DNA of 56,301 nt from the IMG/VR virus record IMGVR_UViG_3300030061_002141, positions 1 to 56,301 of that record; one strand, given 5' to 3'. Positions within the stretch are counted from its first letter, which is position 1. Every line of letters begins with the position of its first letter. A program made the translations under genes and the position numbers. The notes under the pieces were generated by a model. That model saw only the letters and a program-made list of their open reading frames with translations, searched no databases and was not told where the DNA came from. Positions 8,064 through 17,264 of the stretch are shown here, in pieces. Source of the stretch: a virus. Lineage: Duplodnaviria > Caudoviricetes.

Positions 8064-8810
8064 TTATCGACCTAACATTCTACTTCTAGTTTGATTATTG
8101 ACTTGCGTATCAAGCCCTATTCCATTGCCTTTTTGCTTACCATTCTCATAAGCTGCTCTATCTCTTATGTTAAATGAAGACTTTTTAGAGACAACTCTTA
8201 CACCTTGATTACGAAGCCAATCTGAGATAGCTTTCTGCTCGTTTTTATAAAGCATAGGCAAACCATCTGGATTTTTTATACCTTCGTAAGGTGGAGCTAT
8301 CTCATTAAATCTTTCAGTAATACGTTTTTGCAAACGAGATGCGCAACCTAGTATAAATGCTCTCTTCATTTTATTAATAGCAGATTTACTTCCCGGGACT
8401 GTCTCAAATTCTTTATCCGCTAATCGTTTTACAGTATTGATAAAGTAATCGCACATTGATTTAGCAACTATTCTATTAGATTTTCTTCCAACGAATACAG
8501 CTTGATTAACACGCTTGTAATTACTATCAACACCTGACTTAGAGAAGTATTGACAAAAATATAATTTAGCAGTAGCTGATTGTATCCAACCTTGCCAATT
8601 ATCTCTTTCTGCGTCATATGTTTCTCTCTCGATTGGTTCTACTTGACTGTCGTCTTTAATATCTGATCGAGATAGATTATGTTCTGAAAGTAATTCTTGA
8701 GCTTTTTGAGCAGCAAGCATTGCTTCGTTTTCTGAAGCACCTTTATCTTCTGACATCTTTAAAAGCTTTTGAATACGTTTCAGTATGCTTTCTTTAACTT
8801 CTTCTGGCAT
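8064..8810 (-). CDS. DUF2786-domain protein
   Basis: ILKRIQKLL.MS...ASENEA.LAA.KAQELL..HNLS N-terminus is characteristic. Confidence 0.8.
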   Translation of the reverse strand: MPEEVKESILKRIQKLLKMSEDKGASENEAMLAAQKAQELLSEHNLSRSDIKDDSQVEPIERETYDAERDNWQGWIQSATAKLYFCQYFSKSGVDSNYKRVNQAVFVGRKSNRIVAKSMCDYFINTVKRLADKEFETVPGSKSAINKMKRAFILGCASRLQKRITERFNEIAPPYEGIKNPDGLPMLYKNEQKAISDWLRNQGVRVVSKKSSFNIRDRAAYENGKQKGNGIGLDTQVNNQTRSRMLGR

Positions 8811-8828
8811 ATTTCTCCTTTCTTGTTA

Positions 8829-8878
8829 GCAGGGCGGACAGAATCATCTTAACGACACTTTCTTACTTCAGGCCCTGC
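8829..8878 (-). promoter_or_regulatory. GC-rich stem upstream of an RBS
   Basis: GCAGGGC (8829-8835) and GCCCTGC (8872-8878). Confidence 0.4.
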
Positions 8879-8902
8879 GATTATTATTCTATATTTTTAT
8901 AA

Positions 8903-9730
8903 TTAGTTATTCGACAAAAAATTATCTATATAGTCAACTAAATTAATTTTAGGTTCAAAAGATAAAGTATTTACTATTTTTCCACTTTTAAATCTTTCAC
9001 CTTTTTGTGCTTTTATATACTTTATATTAGTTTTAAAAAGTTTAGCAACTTCAATTATTGAATAACTTTTTTTATTACCAATCATTATTTCTTTATTTGT
9101 TTTATTAGAGCTTTCTATTATACCTCTTACAATATCGTCAATATGAGTAAAATTTCTTCTCTGTGTACCAGGTTTTACTACAGTCAATGGTTGTTTATTT
9201 TTATACTGTTTTTCAAAGATACCAATAACAGTTGCCATTGCTCCAGATTTTATTTGTCTAGGTCCATAAACATTAAAGAAGTAAAGTATATTGTATTTTA
9301 AACCAAACCATTTAGAATAATTTTTAATCAAATTTAAATTATGATATTTAGAATAGGCATAAGGAGATAAGTTTTGTTTATTGTTTTGAATAGCAGATGA
9401 AGCTGAATAAATTAATTTTATTTTTCTTTCTGTACAAAACTTTATTACTTCAAGAGTTCCTTTTATATTAAAATCTAAGCAGTCTTTTGTGTTAATAAAA
9501 CTTTGATTAATTCTTGAAAATTCTCCAAAATGATAAACTAAATCAATCTTAATTTTTTTAAAATGTTTGTTAATATTTTCTGACTTATCATTTATATAAA
9601 GTGTTTTACTAAATTTAAAATTACCTGAAAATTGATTATCTAAGACAATTACATTATGTTTTTTATTTAGTTTATCAACTAAATGACTTCCGATAAAACC
9701 ACAACCACCTATGATTAAAATATTTTTCAA
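8903..9730 (-). CDS. NAD-dependent nucleotide-sugar epimerase/dehydratase (extended SDR)
   Basis: GGCGFIGSHL (GxxGxxG), YSASSA, YAYSK (YxxxK), FNVYGP and RNFTHIDD. Confidence 0.9.
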   Translation of the reverse strand: MKNILIIGGCGFIGSHLVDKLNKKHNVIVLDNQFSGNFKFSKTLYINDKSENINKHFKKIKIDLVYHFGEFSRINQSFINTKDCLDFNIKGTLEVIKFCTERKIKLIYSASSAIQNNKQNLSPYAYSKYHNLNLIKNYSKWFGLKYNILYFFNVYGPRQIKSGAMATVIGIFEKQYKNKQPLTVVKPGTQRRNFTHIDDIVRGIIESSNKTNKEIMIGNKKSYSIIEVAKLFKTNIKYIKAQKGERFKSGKIVNTLSFEPKINLVDYIDNFLSNN

Positions 9731-10119
9731 TTGTTTTCTAAATAATTATTAATGTTATCCCAATTTTTACAAATACTTATTTTTTCAAAATCTTCAAAAC
9801 TTACACCTTTAGCTAATTCTTCACCATTTTTTCCATAAAATAAATAAACATCTCTATCTTTTTTTACAAGTATAAATACTTTACCACCATAAAATTCGTA
9901 TGATTTATGCCAAGCTAATTGTTCAATGGATAAATTTACTTTAATTTTTGTCTTTCTTCTTTTAGGAGTTTTAACCCATTTACCTTCTATCCAACCACAA
10001 TGACCACCATAAGTAACATAATGAACATCAGGGATCCCTCGTTCTATTTGAGTTTCAACTCTTTGTATAAAAAAATTTTTAAGTTTTTTTCTGATCTGTG
10101 TCCAGAGTGTCTTTTCCAT
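9727..10119 (-). CDS. VRR-NUC / PD-(D/E)XK nuclease (resolvase-like)
   Basis: RVE...GIPD...WIEGK...LSIEQLAW. Confidence 0.8.
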   Translation of the reverse strand: MEKTLWTQIRKKLKNFFIQRVETQIERGIPDVHYVTYGGHCGWIEGKWVKTPKRRKTKIKVNLSIEQLAWHKSYEFYGGKVFILVKKDRDVYLFYGKNGEELAKGVSFEDFEKISICKNWDNINNYLENN

Positions 10120-10855
10120 CGAATTTACATACAGGGATTGGTTTCATCTTATGTAAATTCTTCTTTCTTATTGCAAGATATTTATCATAGCCAACTTCAT
10201 CTGGTCTAGACATTAGATGTTCTATTTCTTTATAACTCATACCTAATTGATCTGTATCAGTTCTACCATCTGACCATAATCCATCAGTCGGTTCTGCCAT
10301 TTGTATTTCTTCTAATATACCTAATTCTTTACCCATAGCCCATACTTGAGTTTTAGTACAATCAGCAATAGGAGATATATCCACACCGCCATCGCCATAC
10401 TTTGTATAAAAACCTACACCAAAGTCTTCAATCTTATTACCAGTTCCAACTACTATTCCACTTGTACTTGCAGATATTTGATATAAAGTCATCATTCTTA
10501 ATCTAGCTTTAGAATTTGCAAACCCTAAACTTTCTGTAAATTTTTTATCAGTCATAGAATTTTCAAAAGAAAGATATGTTCCTGTTAAATCTATTTCTAC
10601 ACCATAAGCATTTTGATATTTACTTGTTAGCCATTCTTTATGTTTAATAGATAAGTCATGATGCTCGGGTCTTTGAGATATTGGCATGGAAGCTACGAGT
10701 GTTTTTATTCCAGTACGTGCACATAATGTAGAAACTACTGATGAATCAATTCCACCAGAAACTCCTACAACTAAACAATTAGCTGGACTATCCATACTCT
10801 CAACATAGTCTTTTATCCAATCGGTTATTATCTTTACTCTGTCTTTTGCTTCCAT
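10079..10855 (-). CDS. nadE: NH3-dependent NAD+ synthetase family (PP-loop amide ligase)
   Basis: VGVSGGIDSS, NSKARLRM, GTGNKIED, YTKYGDGGVDISPIAD and PTDGLW. Confidence 0.9.
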   Translation of the reverse strand: MEAKDRVKIITDWIKDYVESMDSPANCLVVGVSGGIDSSVVSTLCARTGIKTLVASMPISQRPEHHDLSIKHKEWLTSKYQNAYGVEIDLTGTYLSFENSMTDKKFTESLGFANSKARLRMMTLYQISASTSGIVVGTGNKIEDFGVGFYTKYGDGGVDISPIADCTKTQVWAMGKELGILEEIQMAEPTDGLWSDGRTDTDQLGMSYKEIEHLMSRPDEVGYDKYLAIRKKNLHKMKPIPVCKFDGKDTLDTDQKKT

Positions 10856-12105
10856 GTATTGTCTCCAATAGGAATATATTTAACATCATTTCCAAGTTTA
10901 AGATACCTAAATGGATCGATGATTACTGAATTAGGATAAAAATAAAAATCTTTAAATGCTTCGTGTTTAGTACCAATAAAAAATAATTGTGGTTTAGTTT
11001 CCCATTCCATTTCTTTAGCAACATCTTTAGAGTCAACATATGGATCCCAAATTTTAACTCTTTCTCCTCTTTCTTCTAAAATATTTTTAAGTAATATTGA
11101 TGGACTTCCTAATTGTAAATTAGTTTCAGGTTTAAAACATTTACCTAAAATATTAATATCCATTTCAAATTTTTCTGTAATAATTAAATCAGCTAACCAA
11201 TCAGTTTGTTTTTCTCTTTGAGCCATGATACCATCGTACCAATTATAAGAAAGATTTAATTTATCAGCAAGATAACTCAAAGCAATGTTATCCCGGGGAT
11301 GACAACCTCCTCCATCTCCCATTCCACCATATAAATATTTATCACTTATTAATCTTTTATCGCATAAAGCAAATGCTCTACTGATATCGTCAATATTAGT
11401 ATTAGGTAAATTATGACATGTTTCCATTAAAGTATTAATCATAGCGATTTTAGTTGAGATAAAAGTATTATAACCAACTTTTATTAATTCAGCATTTTCT
11501 ATCGTAGTATCAAAGAATGGAGCATTATTAATTGTTTTATAAAACTCTTTTGCTTTATTAAGAGCTTCTTTATCATCTACACCAAATAGATTTATTTCTG
11601 CTCCTAAGAAATCGTCAATAGTTGTTCCCATTGCAATAAAATAAGGATTATAACAAAGCTTTAAATGAGTACCAAGAATTGGTTTAATAAATCTTGAAAT
11701 AGTACCAGGCAAGACAGTAGAAATAATAACAACGACTTTATCTTTACCTTGTTTTTCGATTTCATTATTTAAATCTGTTATTCCTTTTACTAAATATTCA
11801 TAATTAAAATCTTTTCTTTCTTTAGGTACTCTATGTATACCTTCATACTTTTTATCGTGAGGAGTTTGAATAGGAACAAAAATTATATCAGAATCAGAAA
11901 CTATTTGCTCTATATTTTTTATTTTAATTTTAGAATTATTTAGTAGTTCTTGAGCACCTTTTTCTTTATAATTGAGTGTCTTAAATCTAATATTTCTTAA
12001 AGTTGTTTCATTTATATCTGTACCAAAAACATTATGTCCTTTACTTTCAACAGCTAGAGCTACAGGTAAACCTAGTTTTCCTAGTCCTAAAAATCCGATA
12101 TTCAT
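10834..12105 (-). CDS. UDP-glucose/GDP-mannose 6-dehydrogenase family
   Basis: GLGKLG Rossmann motif, AELIKVGYN, catalytic GGGCHPRD and FKPET. Confidence 0.9.
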   Translation of the reverse strand: MNIGFLGLGKLGLPVALAVESKGHNVFGTDINETTLRNIRFKTLNYKEKGAQELLNNSKIKIKNIEQIVSDSDIIFVPIQTPHDKKYEGIHRVPKERKDFNYEYLVKGITDLNNEIEKQGKDKVVVIISTVLPGTISRFIKPILGTHLKLCYNPYFIAMGTTIDDFLGAEINLFGVDDKEALNKAKEFYKTINNAPFFDTTIENAELIKVGYNTFISTKIAMINTLMETCHNLPNTNIDDISRAFALCDKRLISDKYLYGGMGDGGGCHPRDNIALSYLADKLNLSYNWYDGIMAQREKQTDWLADLIITEKFEMDINILGKCFKPETNLQLGSPSILLKNILEERGERVKIWDPYVDSKDVAKEMEWETKPQLFFIGTKHEAFKDFYFYPNSVIIDPFRYLKLGNDVKYIPIGDNTWKQKTE

Positions 12106-12108
12106 AAC

Positions 12109-13962
12109 TTATTTTGCAGTGCCCCAATTACTTCCTTTCTCTACATCTACTTCTAAAGGCACTCCTATTTCTACACAATTTTTCATAATATGTATAGCTT
12201 CATTTAAACATTTTTGTTGTAATTGATCAACAGAAAAATCTAATTCGTCATGAATTGTTAATTTTAAATCAATATAATCTAAATATCCATCTTCCCATAT
12301 TTTTAACATTGCTGCTTTAGTAATATCAGCAGAGCTTCCTTGAATTAAAGCATTCATTGCTGTATGAGTATATGCTCTTTTTAATTCTTGTTTATGATAT
12401 TTAGCAGAAGCTTCAGATAAGGGATATGCTTTTTGTCCCCATTCATCTCTTGGTTCCCACAGTTCAAATCTTCTTTTTCTACCAAGTAAAGTTTTAATAT
12501 AACCTCTTGTACTAGCTACATGAGATACTTGTTTAGATAATTCTTTTACAAATGGTACTTTAGAATGATAATTATTAAAAAGTTCATAAGCTTGATCTTG
12601 TTCAAGACCTAACTCTGAAGCTAACTTCTTATTACCCATTCCATAAAATAAACCAAGATTTATAGTTTTTGCTTGTTTTCTAGGTATACTAGCCATATTT
12701 GCAACCATAGAATGAAAGTCAGTTCTAGGATTATTTAAATATTCTTTTTGCATCATTAAAGCAGTATCCATTAGCTTTAAAGAAGCATAGTGTACTAATA
12801 CCCTAGGTTCTTGTTGAGCATAATCACAAGCTACCCAATCGTGATTTTCTTCTGGTAAAAATAAACTTCTGATCATCGGACCAAGTTCAGGGTCTCTAGC
12901 AGGCACTTGTTGAAGATTAGGATACTGAGAACTAAATCTACCAGTTACAGTTCCCATAGGATTAAAGCTACAATAAATTCTACCATCTTTAGCTTTATCT
13001 AGAATCATATTTTTTATAAATGTATTTCTAATCTTGTCTAACTTTCTTATTTGTAATATAGTTTTAGAAACGTCATCAGTTTGAGTTTCCAACCAACTCG
13101 CAGTGAAACTCGGAGTTCCCTTTGCGGTGTGGTTATACTGAATCGAATTATTATCATATGCTTGTTTTAGTGAAGCATTTGCCCATACATTAACTTCACT
13201 TCCTCCAAGTCTATTTAGTATTGATTGATGGTCTTGTTGTTTTTTTTCTAATGTATCATATAATTCTTCAGCTTTAGAAACATTTACTCTTACTCCTCCT
13301 TTTCTCATATGAAATAGTAAAGGAATTAATCTAGATTCAAAGTCAACAATACCTTCAACTTGCTCTCTTTTAATTCTTGTTTGCTGTTTTAAAAAAATAT
13401 CTAAAGTTAATTGTGCGTCTGCTTTTGCATACTCTGCAACTTCATTTGCATGTAATCTCCATAAACTTTCTTTTACTTTCGCACGTTTACCAAATTTTGC
13501 TAATACTGCTTGCTCTAATTCGACTTCATATTTTGATTTTCTTAGATAAAACTTTGCAAGTGAATCTAAACTATACTTTAATTTATTTTCATCTAGTAGA
13601 TGTTCTATAGTTTGAATATCGAAAATCCTGTGACTCTTAGTAAGCGTAAGTCTATTATCCAGTGAATAAAGCCACTCTACGTCATACATTGCGTTAGCAA
13701 ATATCATTGGAAATCGCTTTTCTTTACATCTATTATAAATATAATAAACATAACGAATTACTTTTTCCTTATCTAAATTTCCACCACCTTGATGATTAAT
13801 TGGTAAATATTCATTAAGACCATTATCTGTTGCAATAGAAATACCTGCAACGAAACCATCTTTTCTAAATCCACCAGGTCCATGTGTTTTTAATCTAGGA
13901 TCGTGTGTTTCGGTATCTATAGCAATATATTTTGCTGTATCTATCTTATTTAAATTAAACAT
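12109..13962 (-). CDS. polA: DNA polymerase family A with 3'-5' exonuclease
   Basis: IDTET exonuclease motif, TGRFSS..PNLQQ, DYAQQE (motif A), KTINLGLFYG (motif B), IHDE (motif C); start taken at MFNLN, coupled to the upstream stop. Confidence 0.95.
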   Translation of the reverse strand: MFNLNKIDTAKYIAIDTETHDPRLKTHGPGGFRKDGFVAGISIATDNGLNEYLPINHQGGGNLDKEKVIRYVYYIYNRCKEKRFPMIFANAMYDVEWLYSLDNRLTLTKSHRIFDIQTIEHLLDENKLKYSLDSLAKFYLRKSKYEVELEQAVLAKFGKRAKVKESLWRLHANEVAEYAKADAQLTLDIFLKQQTRIKREQVEGIVDFESRLIPLLFHMRKGGVRVNVSKAEELYDTLEKKQQDHQSILNRLGGSEVNVWANASLKQAYDNNSIQYNHTAKGTPSFTASWLETQTDDVSKTILQIRKLDKIRNTFIKNMILDKAKDGRIYCSFNPMGTVTGRFSSQYPNLQQVPARDPELGPMIRSLFLPEENHDWVACDYAQQEPRVLVHYASLKLMDTALMMQKEYLNNPRTDFHSMVANMASIPRKQAKTINLGLFYGMGNKKLASELGLEQDQAYELFNNYHSKVPFVKELSKQVSHVASTRGYIKTLLGRKRRFELWEPRDEWGQKAYPLSEASAKYHKQELKRAYTHTAMNALIQGSSADITKAAMLKIWEDGYLDYIDLKLTIHDELDFSVDQLQQKCLNEAIHIMKNCVEIGVPLEVDVEKGSNWGTAK

Positions 13963-14426
13963 TAGTTTATTCTTTCTGTTAATACTCTTAGATTTATAAA
14001 TGTGTAACCTCTTCCTGAAGATTCCCATAATTTTCTTGATAAATCATGAACGTATTTTTCTCCATAAATAATTTGATTTGCCGATGTATTTAAAAGAAGT
14101 TTAGTACAGTGGACGCACGGTTCTAATGTAGTATAAACTCTATCAATTTCATTTACGTCTTTACATTGAAGTAAAGCGTTCTGTTCAGCATGAATTGCTT
14201 CACACTTATCTAAATCTTTTCCTCTAGGAGAATTAGCACCTAGACAAGGTTTATTTATACAATGAATAAAACCAGAAGGATTACCATTATAACCAGTAGC
14301 AATAACATGATTTTTTTTATTTACAAAAACACAACCAACTTTTCTTCTGACGCATGTTCCTCTTTCTGAAACTAACTTCGCCATTTTTAAAAAATAAAAA
14401 TCAACAGGAGGTCTATAATTATCCAT
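13962..14426 (-). CDS. dCMP deaminase
   Basis: TC.RRKVG, GYNG, HAEQNA and EPCVHC zinc motifs; start taken at MDNYR. Confidence 0.9.
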   Translation of the reverse strand: MDNYRPPVDFYFLKMAKLVSERGTCVRRKVGCVFVNKKNHVIATGYNGNPSGFIHCINKPCLGANSPRGKDLDKCEAIHAEQNALLQCKDVNEIDRVYTTLEPCVHCTKLLLNTSANQIIYGEKYVHDLSRKLWESSGRGYTFINLRVLTERIN

Positions 14427-15255
14427 AAAGAAGGTAATTAAGCCTTTCTGATAACATACCATTAGGTCTAAATTCTGTTCCTTCTAAATCAGCCATTTCT
14501 TGTAATATATCAATAAATTTTTTAGGACTTTTAGAATACTTATCAATAAGTTTATTTAAAGATATTTCAGGTTTATCATCAAAATTAGATGTAAAAATAT
14601 TATCTAATTTTTTATAATCAGTTTCATATATATGTCTACTACCTGCTTGAATAGTAAGTTCTCCTAATTTACATTTTAAACCTCTTAAATTTAAACAACA
14701 AGCTATGTAAAAAGATATTGCACTAAAGTTAAAAGTATCATAAGGTACACCTAACCATGCATCGTTACTTCTCATATTAGCAATAGTATGTAACCATAAG
14801 TCATCGCTTGCTTCTCTTAAAAAAAATTGTAATGTTAAAGTACAAGGAATATCTTTACTTGATCTAGGATTCTCTCTCCATATACTTAAAACTGCTTGTC
14901 TGCTATCATTATCTTTTATTAAAGTATCAACAATATAAGATGTTTGAGTTATGATCTTCGGACCATATGCTCCAAAAAAAGTTACACCATCATCGCTAAA
15001 TCTTTTAATACCTCCTACATATTTACTTACACTTTCTACATCGTTCTTACCTTGAAGCATCCATGTAGCTTCACCAAACATAAATGGATAAGATAATTTT
15101 CTTTCTGGTAAAGTAATAATAGGATCATCCATATCAATACTCCATGTATGATTTAACTTTTCACTTATCTTTAAATCTCTAGGTTTACAAATAAAATCTG
15201 GTTGACGGTATACGTCCCATAACATTTTTTTATATTTTAAATTTATATCTTTCAT
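14419..15255 (-). CDS. Thymidylate synthase-fold enzyme, probable dCMP hydroxymethylase/methylase
   Basis: SRQAV, catalytic DIPCT and MRSNDAWLGVPYD, with Asp at the position that is Asn in dUMP-specific ThyA. Confidence 0.8.
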   Translation of the reverse strand: MKDINLKYKKMLWDVYRQPDFICKPRDLKISEKLNHTWSIDMDDPIITLPERKLSYPFMFGEATWMLQGKNDVESVSKYVGGIKRFSDDGVTFFGAYGPKIITQTSYIVDTLIKDNDSRQAVLSIWRENPRSSKDIPCTLTLQFFLREASDDLWLHTIANMRSNDAWLGVPYDTFNFSAISFYIACCLNLRGLKCKLGELTIQAGSRHIYETDYKKLDNIFTSNFDDKPEISLNKLIDKYSKSPKKFIDILQEMADLEGTEFRPNGMLSERLNYLLYG

Positions 15256-15812
15256 TAATTAATTACCTTATCTATAAATGCGTCCATTTTATGTCCGTCT
15301 TTAAATAAATCATATCTAATAAAATCTTTTCTGTCACGTAATGGAGAAAGCGTATTTAAAAAATTATTCCGTTTACATTTACCATACCATGAAAAATAAT
15401 AATCATCAATAACATTATCAATATCATGATATTCTTCATGTCGTAATTCTCTGTTAATTCTATGATTTTCTTTAACTCTTGCAGTATCTTCTGGAATACA
15501 CCATACATATTTAGCACCTCTATCTTTTAAAATGTTATATAATTTTTTAGGATTATAACTTGGTCCATTGCTTCTAATATAAGAATAACATTGTTCACTA
15601 GGCCAATGTCTATCTAATAGAACTAATTTACCAATCATTTGTTTTTTAATGGCTAATCTAACAGTTGCAGTATGCCATAATTTCATATTTTTATGCACTC
15701 TTAAATGCATATAGAAATTATTTTTAAATCTTTCTTTAATTCTATTTATAAGTGTAGTTTTACCTACACCATCTGGTCCTTCTACAATTAAGATTTTTCC
15801 TCTAATAAACAT
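15255..15812 (-). CDS. Deoxynucleoside monophosphate kinase (thymidylate kinase-like)
   Basis: VEGPDGVGKTT P-loop and LLDRHWPSE. Confidence 0.85.
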   Translation of the reverse strand: MFIRGKILIVEGPDGVGKTTLINRIKERFKNNFYMHLRVHKNMKLWHTATVRLAIKKQMIGKLVLLDRHWPSEQCYSYIRSNGPSYNPKKLYNILKDRGAKYVWCIPEDTARVKENHRINRELRHEEYHDIDNVIDDYYFSWYGKCKRNNFLNTLSPLRDRKDFIRYDLFKDGHKMDAFIDKVIN

Positions 15813-16834
15813 TTAAAATATTCTTTCGTTCTTTCTCTTGTCCAAAATTTGCTTTTTAAACAATCCATATGTTCTCTAGCAATTTCTATTAATTCTTCTT
15901 TACTAGAATTTTCTATTTTATTTAAATCAACTTTTAAACCTAAAATTTTAGCTTCTTCAGGATGTGCATAAACAATACATTTAGCATCTAATGCCATCTT
16001 ATATCTTACTCTCCACCAACCTGAACCTTTAGCAGTATGATAATGAGGTGGACTAATAACTCCCCATACTTTTCTATACTCTTGAAACATTTCATGTTCT
16101 TTTAATCTAGTTTGACCTTCTCTTTGATTTCCAAAAGTTTTAACTCTCCAATTAAAACTTTCTTTAGAAAGCCAACCTTGTTTACTTACTAGACTTGCAC
16201 AAACCCATGCGTTTTCTTTAATACCGTCATTAGGTGCATATACACTTAGTAAATCTTCTTGATTATCAGGACTTTTTAAATAAGTATCTGTATAAGCAGA
16301 AGGATCCCAATTAGTAATTTCTTTAGCTTTCATACCTAATTCATCGTAATTACCTCCATCATAAGCTGGAATCAATAACTTATGTGGCCATTCTTTATGT
16401 GCAAAATGATCAACTAAATCTTCAATTTCTTTTTTATATGGTTGAGCCTCGTCCCAATTAACTTTACCTACAGGATTTCCTGCTTTAGAAACTTTTTTCC
16501 ATATTCTCCAATGACCATTACTAAATGTTCTAAATCCACTAACTGAATCTTTTGTTTGCCAATCGTCAATAGAAACTATTGCGTCAGGTCTTTTAATAAT
16601 TGTATATGCTGCGCCATACCAATATCTTGCAGATAAACTATTAGGTCCAAATACAAATACAAAAACTTTATCATACATTGATACATCTTCTCCCGGGACA
16701 ATCTCTTTTTGTATTACTTCGTGACCTAGTTCTTCTAATACTTTAGGTAAAATTCTAGCAGATGTTGCAATATTTAATGGTGATCTTGCTGTACCTATTG
16801 CTAATGCATTAAACCCTGTTACTAATATTTTCAT
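15788..16834 (-). CDS. Putative GT-B DNA glycosyltransferase (T4 beta-glucosyltransferase-like)
   Basis: 348 aa; N-terminus MKILV...LPKVLEELGHEV...DVSMYDKVFV recalls T4 BGT as I remember it; acidic IDD after the third strand; WRVRY.MAL near the C-terminus; gene context. Resemblance by eye only. Confidence 0.55.
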   Translation of the reverse strand: MKILVTGFNALAIGTARSPLNIATSARILPKVLEELGHEVIQKEIVPGEDVSMYDKVFVFVFGPNSLSARYWYGAAYTIIKRPDAIVSIDDWQTKDSVSGFRTFSNGHWRIWKKVSKAGNPVGKVNWDEAQPYKKEIEDLVDHFAHKEWPHKLLIPAYDGGNYDELGMKAKEITNWDPSAYTDTYLKSPDNQEDLLSVYAPNDGIKENAWVCASLVSKQGWLSKESFNWRVKTFGNQREGQTRLKEHEMFQEYRKVWGVISPPHYHTAKGSGWWRVRYKMALDAKCIVYAHPEEAKILGLKVDLNKIENSSKEELIEIAREHMDCLKSKFWTRERTKEYFKCLLEEKS

Positions 16835-17264
16835 TTTGTTTTTCCCTTTCTTCTTCTATGATTTGTTCAATATCTGGTGCTGTCCAACCTTTTGGTTTAA
16901 CAACGTCAAAAGACGTACCTCGTTTTTTAGATTTGCTTTTAGTTCTTATTTTACTCATGTTAGCTTTTTGTACTTCGTCCCATGCTCTATTAAATGGTAA
17001 ATTAAAAAGCCAAGCTGTTCCTAAAGCTATATAAACTATATCAACAAGAGCATCTAATGCTGCTGCTGAATCTTTTTTAGTAATAGCTTGAGTGTATTCT
17101 GCTAACTCTTCCATTAAAAAAGATGTTCTAAAATTTACAAGTTCATTGTCTTCAGGAATTCCAACTTTATCATTTTTTTCAAATTTATATTTTTTATGAA
17201 AAGCATCTATATCTTTAAGTAAAGTATCTTTATCCATATCATCAAATATACCAGAATAAGTCAT
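16809..17264 (-). CDS. MazG/PRA-PH-like all-alpha NTP pyrophosphohydrolase (candidate dCTPase/dUTPase)
   Basis: EELAEY...DALVDIVY, EVQKANMSK and KPKGW.AP. Confidence 0.85.
   Translation of the reverse strand: MTYSGIFDDMDKDTLLKDIDAFHKKYKFEKNDKVGIPEDNELVNFRTSFLMEELAEYTQAITKKDSAAALDALVDIVYIALGTAWLFNLPFNRAWDEVQKANMSKIRTKSKSKKRGTSFDVVKPKGWTAPDIEQIIEEEREKQNENISNRV

Noticed and set aside
10079-10855. NadE as a member of a known phage NAD reconstitution pathway
   Set aside because: Partner enzymes (ADPR-PP synthetase, nicotinamide phosphoribosyltransferase, NMN adenylyltransferase) were not recognised in the window
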